DNA of 62,495 nucleotides, from positions 1 through 62,495 of IMG/VR virus record IMGVR_UViG_3300042140_000143; one strand, given 5' to 3'. Positions 16,828-25,928 of the stretch are shown here, one piece after another (the stretch's first letter is position 1; every line of letters starts with the position of its first letter). The notes under the pieces were generated by a model. The model searched no databases. It was given only the letters and a program-made list of their open reading frames with translations, and was not told the origin of the DNA. The stretch comes from a virus. Lineage: Duplodnaviria; Caudoviricetes. A program made the position numbers and the translations under genes.

Positions 16828-17037
16828 ATGTCCTTTCTCGACACCACCTATTGCGGCCGTTCCGTCCGCACCCGTTTCCGCGAGATGCTCGGCCTCGACG
16901 CCGGGCCGGGCGAGTGGCTGATCCGACTCGCAGTCCTCGCCTTCATGGTCCGCACCTGCATGAACCCAGCCGAACACATCTACATCGGGCCGGGCATGTG
17001 GGCGCTGATGATCCTCACGTTCTTCTTCTACCTCTAG
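16828..17037 (+). CDS. Small membrane protein
   Basis: GAGGAG RBS; two hydrophobic segments. Confidence 0.55.
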   Translation: MSFLDTTYCGRSVRTRFREMLGLDAGPGEWLIRLAVLAFMVRTCMNPAEHIYIGPGMWALMILTFFFYL

Positions 17038-17047
17038 GAGACTCACC

Positions 17048-17788
17048 ATGCCCATCGTCTACGCCTACGGCCGGGCATCCACCGGCCGCCAGACCATCAC
17101 GGAGGACGCCCAGCGTTCCGTGTGCGAGGAGTACATCAAGCGGGCCCTCGTGCCGGAGGGCTACACCTACGGGGGCTGGCTCTACGACTCCGCCACCAGC
17201 GGCACCAAGCCCATGTTTGAGCGGGACGAAGGCCGCAAGGTGTGGGCCCTTGTCCAGCCGGGCGACAAGATCGTGTGGGCCAAACTCGACCGGGCCTTCC
17301 GCTCCGTCATCGACGCCGCCCAGACGATGCAGTTGCTCAACCGCAAGGAGGTGTCGTTCAACTCCCTCGATCTCGGGCTGGACACCGGCAGTCCCATCGG
17401 CCGCTGCGTGTTCACCATCCTCACGGCGTTCGCGGAACTGGAGGTGGAGTTCATCCGGCAGCGGACGAGGGACAGCCTGCGGGCCAAGCGCAAGGCCGGC
17501 AAGCCACACGGCCGGCATGCCCCCATCGGCTGGAAGAAGTGCGGCACGGGCAAGGACTCCTACTACCTCCCCGACGACGAGGAGCGACGGCAGGTGGACG
17601 CGATGGCGGCCATGCGTAAGGGCGGTGCCAGCCTGGAGCGCATCACGCTGGCCTTCTACAACGTCCGCCGGCCCAACGGAAGCCGCTGGAACATCAACTC
17701 CATCACCCGTGCCCTCAAGGCACAAGCGGCTCGCTTTGCAAAAGCGTTCCCAGACACTCCAAAGCGACGGCCAGCCGCCGCTGGATAG
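17048..17788 (+). CDS. Serine recombinase (resolvase/invertase family)
   Basis: YGRAST..Q catalytic motif, SGT, LDRAFRS, FAELE. Confidence 0.9.
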   Translation: MPIVYAYGRASTGRQTITEDAQRSVCEEYIKRALVPEGYTYGGWLYDSATSGTKPMFERDEGRKVWALVQPGDKIVWAKLDRAFRSVIDAAQTMQLLNRKEVSFNSLDLGLDTGSPIGRCVFTILTAFAELEVEFIRQRTRDSLRAKRKAGKPHGRHAPIGWKKCGTGKDSYYLPDDEERRQVDAMAAMRKGGASLERITLAFYNVRRPNGSRWNINSITRALKAQAARFAKAFPDTPKRRPAAAG

Positions 17789-18239
17789 TGCGCGGATCGC
17801 AGCCCGACTGCTCGCCCATCTCCCGCAGGCTCAGGCCACGAAAGAACCGCATGTGGATGAGTTTGCGGGACTTGGCGGGCAGTCGGGCGATGGCCGTCTG
17901 GATGCGGGTGGAGAAGCCGTGCTGCTTGCTCACCGCCAGAGCCTCTGCCAACTCCATTGGCACCCTCTCCGCCGAGTCGTAGCGCATGCGGCGGTTGCGG
18001 TCGATCTCCTTGAGCAGGGCGTTCCGAATCGCCATCGAGAAGTACGTCGTGATCTTCGACTGCTCGGGGTCGTAGGTCACTGCCGCCCGGCAGATGGCAA
18101 GATAGGCAACGCTCGTGGCGTCTATCGCGGCGACCTGCTTGCGTAGCGTGGGATACCGGCACCGAAAGGCGATGATTGCCTTCGGCACGATCTCCATCGC
18201 CTGCTCGGCCAGCCGCTGCTGTTCGGGCGTCAGTTGCAT
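17715..18239 (-). CDS. RNA polymerase sigma70-family factor (regions 2 and 4)
   Basis: AAVTYDP...TTYFSMAIRN (region 2); RLP...GLSLREMGEQSG...TIQRRL (region 4 HTH). Confidence 0.85.
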   Translation of the reverse strand: MQLTPEQQRLAEQAMEIVPKAIIAFRCRYPTLRKQVAAIDATSVAYLAICRAAVTYDPEQSKITTYFSMAIRNALLKEIDRNRRMRYDSAERVPMELAEALAVSKQHGFSTRIQTAIARLPAKSRKLIHMRFFRGLSLREMGEQSGCDPRTIQRRLAVALECLGTLLQSEPLVP

Positions 18240-18279
18240 TGCTGCACTCTGACGCACGAAACCTATGTCGATAGGCCGC

Positions 18280-18579
18280 CTACGGACGCACGAATAACGC
18301 CTCAAGCCCCGCCTTGATGTCAGGCCCGAGTTTCTCCAGCAGACGGGCCTCTGCCTGCGCCTGCGTGTAGTCGCCAGCCGCGTCGTACTCGTCGCCCTCC
18401 CAGAGCGTCAGCGGCTTGTCGGCCAGATGCAACCATGCCGATGCCTCCCTGCGGCGGTTGTCATCAACGATTACAAAGTCTATGCGATGGACCGTCTTGG
18501 ATGGTCGCTGCAACGTCGCGCCGTTTGGCAGTTCGACGGCAGGAAATGACACAGTGATGGCAGACGGCAGATTTATCAT
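18280..18579 (-). CDS. Hypothetical protein (fibre-associated)
   Basis: ATGA-coupled; LWEGDEYDAAGDYT motif. Confidence 0.65.
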   Translation of the reverse strand: MINLPSAITVSFPAVELPNGATLQRPSKTVHRIDFVIVDDNRRREASAWLHLADKPLTLWEGDEYDAAGDYTQAQAEARLLEKLGPDIKAGLEALFVRP

Positions 18580-19559
18580 ACAAACCCCAAAACGCTTGAG
18601 CCGTTGATCCCGCGACCATGCTTGGCAATGACCGACAGATGCCCGGTGATGTTGTACGAATTGTCGTAGAACGTCGAAATGGCCGTTTCGGCCGTGTACC
18701 AAGAGGAAGAATTGTCGTAGTAGTTTGCGTTAGAAAACGTCGGCTTGGGACTCCATGGCCCGCCGCCGCCAATGGCGCCAGACGAATTGTAGAAGTTGAT
18801 TGCGCCGGTACTCGGCCATCCGTACATGCCGGCATACCAATCGGCGCGCGACGTGTCCCGCATGGTGATTGTGCTGGTGCTGCTGGCTGATCCGTTGAAC
18901 ACGCTGCTGCCGTTGAATACGGCGTCTCCGGCCAGATAGCAGTCGGAAACTTCCGACCCTTCCAATGTCCCTGCCAGAGCCACCGCACTTCCGTTGAACG
19001 TGGCGAGTCCGTTGACTTGGCCGCAGCACTTGGACGATCCGTTGAACGTGGCGTTGGTGGAAATCTGCCCGCTGTTGAGGGGCCGGATGTATTTGCTGCT
19101 GCCGTTGAACGTAGCGTTGCCCGTGTCAACAACTCCGTTCAGCATGTACGAACTGCCGTTGTATGTGACGTTGCCGTGAATGGTCGATGTATCGGCGTAT
19201 GCGTTGTCGTTGAACGTCACATTTCCAGTGATCTCTGCCGACGATTGGCTCCACGCAGAATCTTGAAACACGCAATTCCCCGTCAGCGTTGCATTGAGTC
19301 GGGCGCTGCCTTGGAAAGTCGCTGTTCCAGTGACGATTGTCGTTATTTGCAGTAGTGTGTTGCCAGTTGGCGCGGTCAGATCCACAACCGTAGGCGTACT
19401 GCCGCCGTTGGCAGTCACGTTGCGCTGTAGCACAACTGAATCGCTGCTGGTTGGCTTCCCGCTGGCCTGATTGGTCGCACCGGAGTTTGTCCACCAGTTG
19501 GAAACATTGTTCCAATCGCCGTCGCCCGTGTTGTCATCATTGAAGTACAGCGTTGCCAT
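18576..19559 (-). CDS. Beta-helix repeat protein, probable receptor-binding fibre or spike
   Basis: Repeated (A/V)TFNGSS units; WNNVSNW N-terminus; lower GC than flanks. Confidence 0.65.
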   Translation of the reverse strand: MATLYFNDDNTGDGDWNNVSNWWTNSGATNQASGKPTSSDSVVLQRNVTANGGSTPTVVDLTAPTGNTLLQITTIVTGTATFQGSARLNATLTGNCVFQDSAWSQSSAEITGNVTFNDNAYADTSTIHGNVTYNGSSYMLNGVVDTGNATFNGSSKYIRPLNSGQISTNATFNGSSKCCGQVNGLATFNGSAVALAGTLEGSEVSDCYLAGDAVFNGSSVFNGSASSTSTITMRDTSRADWYAGMYGWPSTGAINFYNSSGAIGGGGPWSPKPTFSNANYYDNSSSWYTAETAISTFYDNSYNITGHLSVIAKHGRGINGSSVLGFV

Positions 19560-19572
19560 GATGGTTTACCTC

Positions 19573-20076
19573 TCAGTATCCGGTGACCAACGCGACCACA
19601 TCCCACCGATCCCGGCCCGCGTGATAGGTCGCTGCGAGGATGTCCATCGCGTTCGCGGCCGTACTCCACGCCAACGGCGTTGTCGCTGACGACGGAATCT
19701 GGAACTTGTTGCCCAGCGTGACCGTCCGGTTTCCGGTGGCGTCCTGTCGGATGCGCCAGCGGATGGTCTGGCCGTTCACGCCGTTCGTTGGATTGCCGAG
19801 CGTGACGTTGCCGGTCAGCGTCAGGTCGAAGATGCTGGCCGCACTGGCGTCGGTGGTGACGGTGGCGGCGTAGGTCAGAGTCGTTACCGTTGGGCCGCTG
19901 GGGGCGGGGACGGAGACGTATGGCGTATCCGCCCACTTACTTCCGACGCCGATCTTCTGCTTGCCGGTATCCGTCTCGATGCCGAGATCGTTGCGGGCCA
20001 GATACGGGTTCTCGGCCGTCCACTCGGAGGCCGTCTTGGCGAAAATGTCGGCCTTGAAATCCTTGTCGTTCATCAC
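19573..20076 (-). CDS. Tail-fibre-type protein with an Mtd/hyaluronidase-like N-terminal motif
   Basis: WTAENPYLA...LGIETDTGKQKIG; C-terminal QDATGNRTVT. Confidence 0.7.
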   Translation of the reverse strand: MMNDKDFKADIFAKTASEWTAENPYLARNDLGIETDTGKQKIGVGSKWADTPYVSVPAPSGPTVTTLTYAATVTTDASAASIFDLTLTGNVTLGNPTNGVNGQTIRWRIRQDATGNRTVTLGNKFQIPSSATTPLAWSTAANAMDILAATYHAGRDRWDVVALVTGY

Positions 20077-20104
20077 GCCCTCTCTGGGTTACGCCGGCCT
20101 ACGT

Positions 20105-20113
20105 ATTTATGTC
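20105..20113 (-). promoter_or_regulatory. Candidate late promoter motif GACATAAAT (also 23221, 42695, variant 61199)
   Basis: AT-rich motif in a GC-rich genome, 17-41 nt upstream of four - strand start codons. Confidence 0.55.
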
Positions 20114-20160
20114 TCACTGCGGCGGCATCTGCGGCATGGCCGCTTTGTATTCGGCATGCG

Positions 20161-20463
20161 TCAGTTCCTCCCGGCGTCAGGAACGAGGGTGCTGGTCGTG
20201 AGCGGACGCTCTTGGCTGTCCCGCAGGGCATACAGCAGGCGAGTCTGCTCGTGGACGGCGTTGGCTATGTCGCGCTGCGTCACGGCCATCTCCTTGAGGA
20301 ACTGGGAGTGCGCCTCGACCATCGGGATCACAATGTCCACGCGCACGAACCACAGCACGAGGCTCGCCAGCACGAGCCCGAACCCGTACCGCTCCAGCAT
20401 CCGAAGTGCTGTCTCGTATACCTCGACGCTGCTCACTGCTTCCCCCGCATCTCGTATTGCCAT
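20161..20463 (-). CDS. Single-TM protein, holin-like candidate
   Basis: Hydrophobic helix followed by a coiled coil; at the end of the peptidase cluster. Confidence 0.5.
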   Translation of the reverse strand: MAIRDAGEAVSSVEVYETALRMLERYGFGLVLASLVLWFVRVDIVIPMVEAHSQFLKEMAVTQRDIANAVHEQTRLLYALRDSQERPLTTSTLVPDAGRN

Positions 20464-20798
20464 GCCGCCATCTTGACCCGGTTAGCGGAACGATTCAGCC
20501 ACCACTCCAGCACGTACTGCACGACGGCCGACACGACCGCCGACAACACAAACGCCCAGAAGAATCCGTAACGCTTCTCGCCACCACGCACCGCCTCGTA
20601 GGTGCGGCCGACCCTCTCCGTCGTAGCCGCCAGTACCTTCTCCTCCTCAGCCGACCCGCGAGCGCACTGCATAAGCCAGTCGGAGGGCCATTCGGTGACC
20701 GCCATCAGCACGAGGTCGTCCAGCCGCTCCTTGCCCACGAGACGCGCCCGCACGGGGAGTCGGCGGCGAACGTACTCACACAGTTCTTCGACTGGCAT
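20433..20798 (-). CDS. Hypothetical membrane protein
   Basis: YGFFWAFVLSAVVSAVV helix. Confidence 0.65.
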   Translation of the reverse strand: MPVEELCEYVRRRLPVRARLVGKERLDDLVLMAVTEWPSDWLMQCARGSAEEEKVLAATTERVGRTYEAVRGGEKRYGFFWAFVLSAVVSAVVQYVLEWWLNRSANRVKMAAWQYEMRGKQ

Positions 20799-20801
20799 GC
20801 T

Positions 20802-21080
20802 TCACCACTTCACTTTGTGCGACCAGTACCGGGCCGAGAAGATGTCGGGGTCTGCGTCTTGGGCGTTGTGGCGGGCGTAGTAGGACTTGCGCCGCGCCTT
20901 CTCGCTCTCCGTCTGCGGATCGGCTCCGGCCCCCTCGACGCCCTGCTGGCCGAAGCGGATCAGTTTCTCCTCGCCGTCGCTGCATGCCTTGACGACGTGC
21001 GACTTTGTGTCGTGGCCCGGCGTCTTGCGCGGACTGTTGCACTCCAGTTCCGCCTTGAGCGAGCGAATCCTATCGGACAT
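20802..21080 (-). CDS. Conserved small phage protein
   Basis: KLIRFGQQG...RRKSYYARH...SARYWS motif. Confidence 0.7.
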   Translation of the reverse strand: MSDRIRSLKAELECNSPRKTPGHDTKSHVVKACSDGEEKLIRFGQQGVEGAGADPQTESEKARRKSYYARHNAQDADPDIFSARYWSHKVKW

Positions 21081-21306
21081 GACAGGCTCCGTTCTTACAT
21101 TCGGACTGCGGTTTTGGCCGGTTCTTGGCGCACGGGCAGGTGGCCGGGCACTCACACCACACGCGAGTGATCCCGTCTCCGGTCGGCACCATCCCCGTGC
21201 CGTTGCACTTGGCGCAGCACTTCGGCGGCGGCGGACTGGGCTGCGGTGGCAATGCGGCGGGGGCAAACGCGAGCCATACGGCGACAGTAGCGGCGGAAAT
21301 CTTCAT
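21070..21306 (-). CDS. Small secreted Cys-rich protein
   Basis: Signal-like N-terminus; CxxCNGTG...GDG...CEC. Confidence 0.6.
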   Translation of the reverse strand: MKISAATVAVWLAFAPAALPPQPSPPPPKCCAKCNGTGMVPTGDGITRVWCECPATCPCAKNRPKPQSECKNGACHVR

Positions 21307-22250
21307 CCGAGAATCTCCCTGCCGCCCCAGTCTTTGAGCGTCCGCTTCGGAAACCCCACCACGTTCGATACAGCATAGGTGCCGCCCTGCGAGATCATGC
21401 GCTGCGCCGTGCGCTGGTCGATCCAGAAGGAGCCCTCCGGCTGGCCGTGCGCCTTCGGCCCAGTGTGTGCGTTCCAGCCCCACGAGTTCTGGATGCAGAA
21501 GCGGCACCCGTCCGAGTTCGTGTCGTCCGCCGCATGCCATTGCATCGCGTGGTTCCACGTCCCAGACGGGGAAATCATGCCGTTGGAGTCGCGCCGCATG
21601 CCGGAGAAGCCGATATTGGAGCAGCACACCACGCCGAAGCCGTTGGCAATAGCATCGCGGGCCTGCTCCCACGAGGTGACGAGGCTGATCGTGCCGATCT
21701 GGTGCTTCTTCGCCTCGCCGGTGACGTTCGACGGCACGCCCTTAGAGCCCCAGCGGATGCCGATGCCAGCGCTGTACTGCGAGAGGTCGAGATCGAGGTC
21801 GTCGTACCGCTTGCGGAGCATCAGTCCGCCCGTCTTGTGCGCCCACTCAACGATCCGCGAGCAACTCGCGCCCTGCCCGCTGTGCCCGCGAGCGCCGTAC
21901 AGCGGCTCGGTGGCGGTGCGGTCGATCCAGTCCTCAGTGGACTTGATGTCCGGGTCGTTGGCTCTGGCTACGTCCGCCGCGCCACGCACGGCATGGGACA
22001 CACAGTCGCCTGTGGTTTGCGTCTCGTCGTATGGCTTCCGGCCAGCCGCCTGCTCAAAGTGGATGACGGCCTGGAACGCCAGCGACACCTTTCCTGCGCC
22101 CGACCCGTGCAGCGTGTCGCCAAACAGCGGCATCGGCAGCGACTGGAGAAGGCGAGCCGTCGCCTCCGGATCGCAATACGAACCCACCAGCCCATGCTGG
22201 TAGGCATCTATCACGTCGAACGGTGTGGCGAACTCGCCGTCCATCGCCAC
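21303..22250 (-). CDS. Papain-like (C1) cysteine peptidase
   Basis: Q..GDCVSHA catalytic Cys, NHAM His, IQNSWG Asn. Confidence 0.85.
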   Translation of the reverse strand: MAMDGEFATPFDVIDAYQHGLVGSYCDPEATARLLQSLPMPLFGDTLHGSGAGKVSLAFQAVIHFEQAAGRKPYDETQTTGDCVSHAVRGAADVARANDPDIKSTEDWIDRTATEPLYGARGHSGQGASCSRIVEWAHKTGGLMLRKRYDDLDLDLSQYSAGIGIRWGSKGVPSNVTGEAKKHQIGTISLVTSWEQARDAIANGFGVVCCSNIGFSGMRRDSNGMISPSGTWNHAMQWHAADDTNSDGCRFCIQNSWGWNAHTGPKAHGQPEGSFWIDQRTAQRMISQGGTYAVSNVVGFPKRTLKDWGGREILG

Positions 22251-22252
22251 AC

Positions 22253-22669
22253 CTACCTAATTGCCGAGAAGGCCCGTGATGCGGACTGCCGGAGTTCGGG
22301 CGTCAGCGGCAAGTCCTTGTCCCCAATCGCAGCGATAAGGTACTCATCGAGCCGCTGACCCAGCCCGACGTACCGTCCCACCATCCCCGTGTTCTCAAAC
22401 GCCATCGACAGGGCGAACTTGTGGCGGTTGCGGAGGTCGAACACCGTCTTGCACGACGGCTCCTTCGCCTTCCCGTCCCGCACCACGATGTCGGCCATCG
22501 CCTCGTAGAACGACCGCAGGATGGCGGCGTCGGAGGCGCTGACCCCAGCCAGGACGCCTTCCGGCTTGGGCACCACAGGCCCAACAAGTGGCTTGACGGG
22601 CAGGACGCTGGCCGCCATCGCAGCCACGCCCACAAGCAGGCCCGCCCACAGGGCGATAGTCCGGGCCAT
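22253..22669 (-). CDS. Hypothetical protein with N-terminal TM/signal
   Basis: 138-aa ORF in a tight operon. Confidence 0.65.
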   Translation of the reverse strand: MARTIALWAGLLVGVAAMAASVLPVKPLVGPVVPKPEGVLAGVSASDAAILRSFYEAMADIVVRDGKAKEPSCKTVFDLRNRHKFALSMAFENTGMVGRYVGLGQRLDEYLIAAIGDKDLPLTPELRQSASRAFSAIR

Positions 22670-22671
22670 GA

Positions 22672-22911
22672 CTACCTGCCTTTCTTCGGGAGTTCCTTCT
22701 CCGCCACGAGGGCAGAGATCAGAGCCCTTGCCGCAGCGGCGACGGCAGGCTCACCCGACTCGTCGGCCTGACAGGCCAGGACGAACAGCCTGTTGACCCA
22801 GCCGGCCCGCCCGGAAGGCGACACGCCGGCAGGGGCAGACGCCCGGAGGTACGGGAGCGCCGTCGCCGCTGCGGCCACCAAGAAGCCAATGGCGGCGATT
22901 CCGTACAGCAT
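22672..22911 (-). CDS. Small membrane protein
   Basis: Hydrophobic N-terminus; coupled ORF. Confidence 0.6.
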   Translation of the reverse strand: MLYGIAAIGFLVAAAATALPYLRASAPAGVSPSGRAGWVNRLFVLACQADESGEPAVAAAARALISALVAEKELPKKGR

Positions 22912-23180
22912 CAGTCAATCTCCTGCTGCGATACGGCCGCTGCCAAAGCCACCAGATACCGGAACAGTTCTGCCCCCTGCGGGCTCAGGAGGCACGCCTC
23001 CAGCCGCTCACAGAGGTCGTCGTCGATGGGCGTGGCCGTCTTGGTAGCGACAAACCGCATGAGTTTGAGCGCCCCTGCGGCCCGTTCGGTCGCCGTATCG
23101 GCGGCGGAAATCTCGGACAGCAGCGACAAGGCCGGAGCCCAGTCCACCAGCAACTTGATCTTGGCGGCGACGGTTGCCAT
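22911..23180 (-). CDS. Hypothetical protein
   Basis: AAGGAG RBS; TATPIDD motif. Confidence 0.65.
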   Translation of the reverse strand: MATVAAKIKLLVDWAPALSLLSEISAADTATERAAGALKLMRFVATKTATPIDDDLCERLEACLLSPQGAELFRYLVALAAAVSQQEID

Positions 23181-23556
23181 GTGGCTTCTCCTTCTGGCGC
23201 GATACCCACTTCACCAGAAGATTTATGTCCCGCTCAGGCCGGCACAGAGACAGGAGTTTCCGCCGCACCAAAGCCGGGTCGAGGCACAAATCCCGGCACG
23301 TCTGGTCGAACGTGAACTCCCCGCCGGTGCCATCAAAGACCCAGCGATAGGCGGCTACCTGCCGACGCAGGCCCTCCCATTCCTTGCGGCAGGTCGGCTT
23401 CATCTGGGCGAACCCGAGCCGGCGATGCCGCCGGCACAGTTCGCGGATGTGATAGTGGGTCCGAACGAGAACTTCCGCACAAAACCGCCTCCAGCCGGCC
23501 TCGCACTCCTCGATGATGTTCTCGTCGTCGTAGTCCGTTACGGCGACGGCAATCAT
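23008..23556 (-). CDS. Hypothetical protein
   Basis: TAATG-coupled; FTFDQTCRDLCLDP motif; 3' end overlaps the next gene. Confidence 0.6.
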   Translation of the reverse strand: MIAVAVTDYDDENIIEECEAGWRRFCAEVLVRTHYHIRELCRRHRRLGFAQMKPTCRKEWEGLRRQVAAYRWVFDGTGGEFTFDQTCRDLCLDPALVRRKLLSLCRPERDINLLVKWVSRQKEKPHGNRRRQDQVAGGLGSGLVAAVRDFRRRYGDRTGRRGAQTHAVCRYQDGHAHRRRPL

Positions 23557-23915
23557 TATTTGACAGGTGCCTCACAATAGCCGCTGCGAAGCGTTCCTTC
23601 GTTGAGGTGCGGCCATACCTCAAGCGAATGGATTGCCGCCATGACGTTCCATGCGGCGTGTCCCAAGTGGTCTTCCGAGCGGTCGCCGCCCAGAAACAGA
23701 TAGAGATGTCGCAGGGCGTGGTTGAGCATGTCGTTGGCCGGCATGCCCTTCTCCCAGTTGAAGTCGCCGTACTTGGCGGCCCCCTCTGCGCACGCTGCCG
23801 CAACGGCGGCGAGGCCGATGGGCGATATGAGGTCGTACCTCGTCGCCTCCGCATCGCTCGACCGCACAGCCCCGCTCGTGTACTTGACCGACCTGTCCTC
23901 AGTTACCTTCATCAT
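23556..23915 (-). CDS. dATP/dGTP diphosphohydrolase-like protein (DUF5664)
   Basis: RYDLI...GAAKYG..NWEKG...ALRHL...DHLGHAAWN. Confidence 0.85.
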   Translation of the reverse strand: MMKVTEDRSVKYTSGAVRSSDAEATRYDLISPIGLAAVAAACAEGAAKYGDFNWEKGMPANDMLNHALRHLYLFLGGDRSEDHLGHAAWNVMAAIHSLEVWPHLNEGTLRSGYCEAPVK

Positions 23916-24427
23916 TTCGTCAACTCCATGTAACGGTTCTCAAACAACTGCTTGGCTTGCTGCCAGCAATACGGGTTGATGGGCCTGCTCGCCGGCTGCA
24001 CGTCGATGCCCCAGTCGTGGTCGCACGATATGAGGTCGCGCTTCTCGGTCACGAGCGCCCGCAGGTCAGCCTGCTTCACGTCCGCAGGCATGGGCCACCG
24101 CAGCCGAAACACCTTCGCGATGGTGCGCTGCACATGCTCCTCCAGTTCACGGTATCCTGGCAGCATGGACTTGAGCGGCGTAGCCATGTCGCCCAGATAC
24201 GCCTCGCTCGCGTCGTGCAGCAGGCCCCACAGCGCGTTCTCCGGGCTGGTGAGCAGGCTCACGGCCACGCTGTGCTGCGCGACCGAGTACGGCACCTTGC
24301 TGTGCCCTGTGAACCGGTTGATGATCGACAGGGCATGGGCAATGTCGGGGAGCCGCACGTCCTCCTCGCTGAACTGGGCGAGGTCGATCAACTTGCCGGT
24401 AAATGTCTGCATCGTCGTGACGTTCAT
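23912..24427 (-). CDS. HD-domain phosphohydrolase (YfbR/DatZ-like)
   Basis: DIAHAL..INRF.GH...YSVAQH...LLHDASEAYLGD..TPLK. Confidence 0.88.
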   Translation of the reverse strand: MNVTTMQTFTGKLIDLAQFSEEDVRLPDIAHALSIINRFTGHSKVPYSVAQHSVAVSLLTSPENALWGLLHDASEAYLGDMATPLKSMLPGYRELEEHVQRTIAKVFRLRWPMPADVKQADLRALVTEKRDLISCDHDWGIDVQPASRPINPYCWQQAKQLFENRYMELTK

Positions 24428-24898
24428 TCAGCACTCCTTGCACACCAGTGGGTCGATGGGTCGCAGTGCCGACTGCGGCACGAAGTACGCCTCGCCGTAG
24501 TTGCCGTAGTTCGCCCGGAACTTCTGCTGCTTGGCCTCGCTCGCCGGCATCCAGCCGTGAATCGTGAAGTCGTGAGGCCCGCCCGTGACGAGAACGAACA
24601 CGTCGCTGTCCCTGTCGTTGTCGCGGACGATGAGGTCATAGGAATGGCGGGAGCGTGTGCGTATCTGGATGCTGTCGCCCACGTCGCCGCCCGCCTTGAA
24701 GGTGTTGACGCTGCCGTTCCAGTAGCGGTTGGTTGCTTTGGCGAACGCACACTCCCCGAGAGCGCCGAGAATGTGGATCGACCACTCGTCATTGACCTGC
24801 ATGCGGTTGACGCACCCCTTGCGCAGGGCCTCGACGTTCCGAGACACGCCCACTAAGGCCGCCCGGCTCACCTCAAACCACTCCAAGCGGACGTTCAC
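24428..24898 (-). CDS. Hypothetical protein, possible PD-(D/E)XK-like fold
   Basis: GALGECAFAK...DVG..IQIRT; GTG coupled to the upstream stop. Confidence 0.6.
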   Translation of the reverse strand: MNVRLEWFEVSRAALVGVSRNVEALRKGCVNRMQVNDEWSIHILGALGECAFAKATNRYWNGSVNTFKAGGDVGDSIQIRTRSRHSYDLIVRDNDRDSDVFVLVTGGPHDFTIHGWMPASEAKQQKFRANYGNYGEAYFVPQSALRPIDPLVCKEC

Positions 24899-25224
24899 AG
24901 CACTTCCTTGCGCCATCTCGTCACCACCTCTCCGTACAGTGCCCAAAAGGCCGCATCGTGCGCCTCTCCTTCGTAGTCCACCTTCACGGGCGTTGCCTGC
25001 CGCATGGCGTGGACGTGTTCCTCGATGAGCGTTTCCGCCATCTGCTCCTCGTTGCCGCTGTTGCGAATCCAGATGACGGCCCTGTCGCCGTGCCAATAGA
25101 AGATGCCGTGCGCCTTGTGCTTCTTCATCACGTCCACAGGACGCAGCAGCACTCGGCACGGGAACGGCAGCGGATAGGTTTTCCGCAGCCATCGCTTGGT
25201 GCGGTCGTAGTAGCGAACTGGCAT
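24895..25224 (-). CDS. Small putative metallopeptidase-like protein
   Basis: TLIEEHVHA...HDAAFW. Confidence 0.55.
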   Translation of the reverse strand: MPVRYYDRTKRWLRKTYPLPFPCRVLLRPVDVMKKHKAHGIFYWHGDRAVIWIRNSGNEEQMAETLIEEHVHAMRQATPVKVDYEGEAHDAAFWALYGEVVTRWRKEVL

Positions 25225-25928
25225 CACATCGCCCCCTGTACCTGCTGCACGAACCGCTTGAGGTCTTCCAGCGGGAACGTGACCAGCCACTCGGAGTCGT
25301 TCTTGCGGTGCAGGACCACCGGGCACAGTTCGCCGCACTGCTCCCGCGACTTCTCCATGACGGCGTGAAGGTTGAGCCCTCGCTCCACACGCTTCACCTC
25401 CAGCCACAGGTGCGGAGTGCCTGGACTGATGAGGTCGCTGGCCGACTCCGTGCCGCTGTGCTGCTGGCTCCTGCGGCTGTGGGCGTTGGGGACGAGCCGA
25501 TTCCATTCGGCCGCCGCCTCCAATTCGCCACGCTTGCCCTTCTGTCTGCTGTTGATTGCCATGTGCCTCACCTCCGGCGGGACTCCGTTCTTCCTCCGAA
25601 ACACGAACACGCGAACCGGATAGCGCTCCGGGCCATAGCCAAGATGCCGCTTGTGGCGTAACGAAGCCAGGAACTCCGGGTCGTAGTTGGCGTCGTCAAC
25701 CTCCCGCTTGGCCGTGAGGCACATGCCCTTCGTGATGTCGTGCTTGCCGCCGAAGTGCAGCCCCTCGTGGCACCATTGGCACAGCCGCAAGAGGTTCCGG
25801 CGGTCGTGGACTCGGCCGGCACCCTGCTGCAAGTGGTGGATGTGGAGCGCGTCGGTTCGACTCCAGCACACAGCGCAAAACGGGTAAGTTTCCGCGAATA
25901 GCGATAGTTCTTCGCGCCCATCACTCAC
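25224..25928 (-). CDS. HNH-like domain in frame with a PD-(D/E)XK Holliday-junction resolvase
   Basis: CAVC...HH...NLLRLCQWCH, then SRQKGKRGE...DL...EVKR. Confidence 0.7.
   Translation of the reverse strand: MSDGREELSLFAETYPFCAVCWSRTDALHIHHLQQGAGRVHDRRNLLRLCQWCHEGLHFGGKHDITKGMCLTAKREVDDANYDPEFLASLRHKRHLGYGPERYPVRVFVFRRKNGVPPEVRHMAINSRQKGKRGELEAAAEWNRLVPNAHSRRSQQHSGTESASDLISPGTPHLWLEVKRVERGLNLHAVMEKSREQCGELCPVVLHRKNDSEWLVTFPLEDLKRFVQQVQGAM

Noticed and set aside
18576-20076. Diversity-generating retroelement suggested by the Mtd-like N-terminus
   Set aside because: No reverse transcriptase and no TR/VR pair seen
23556-24427. Z-genome (2-aminoadenine) pathway
   Set aside because: No purZ-like gene or dedicated polymerase recognisable
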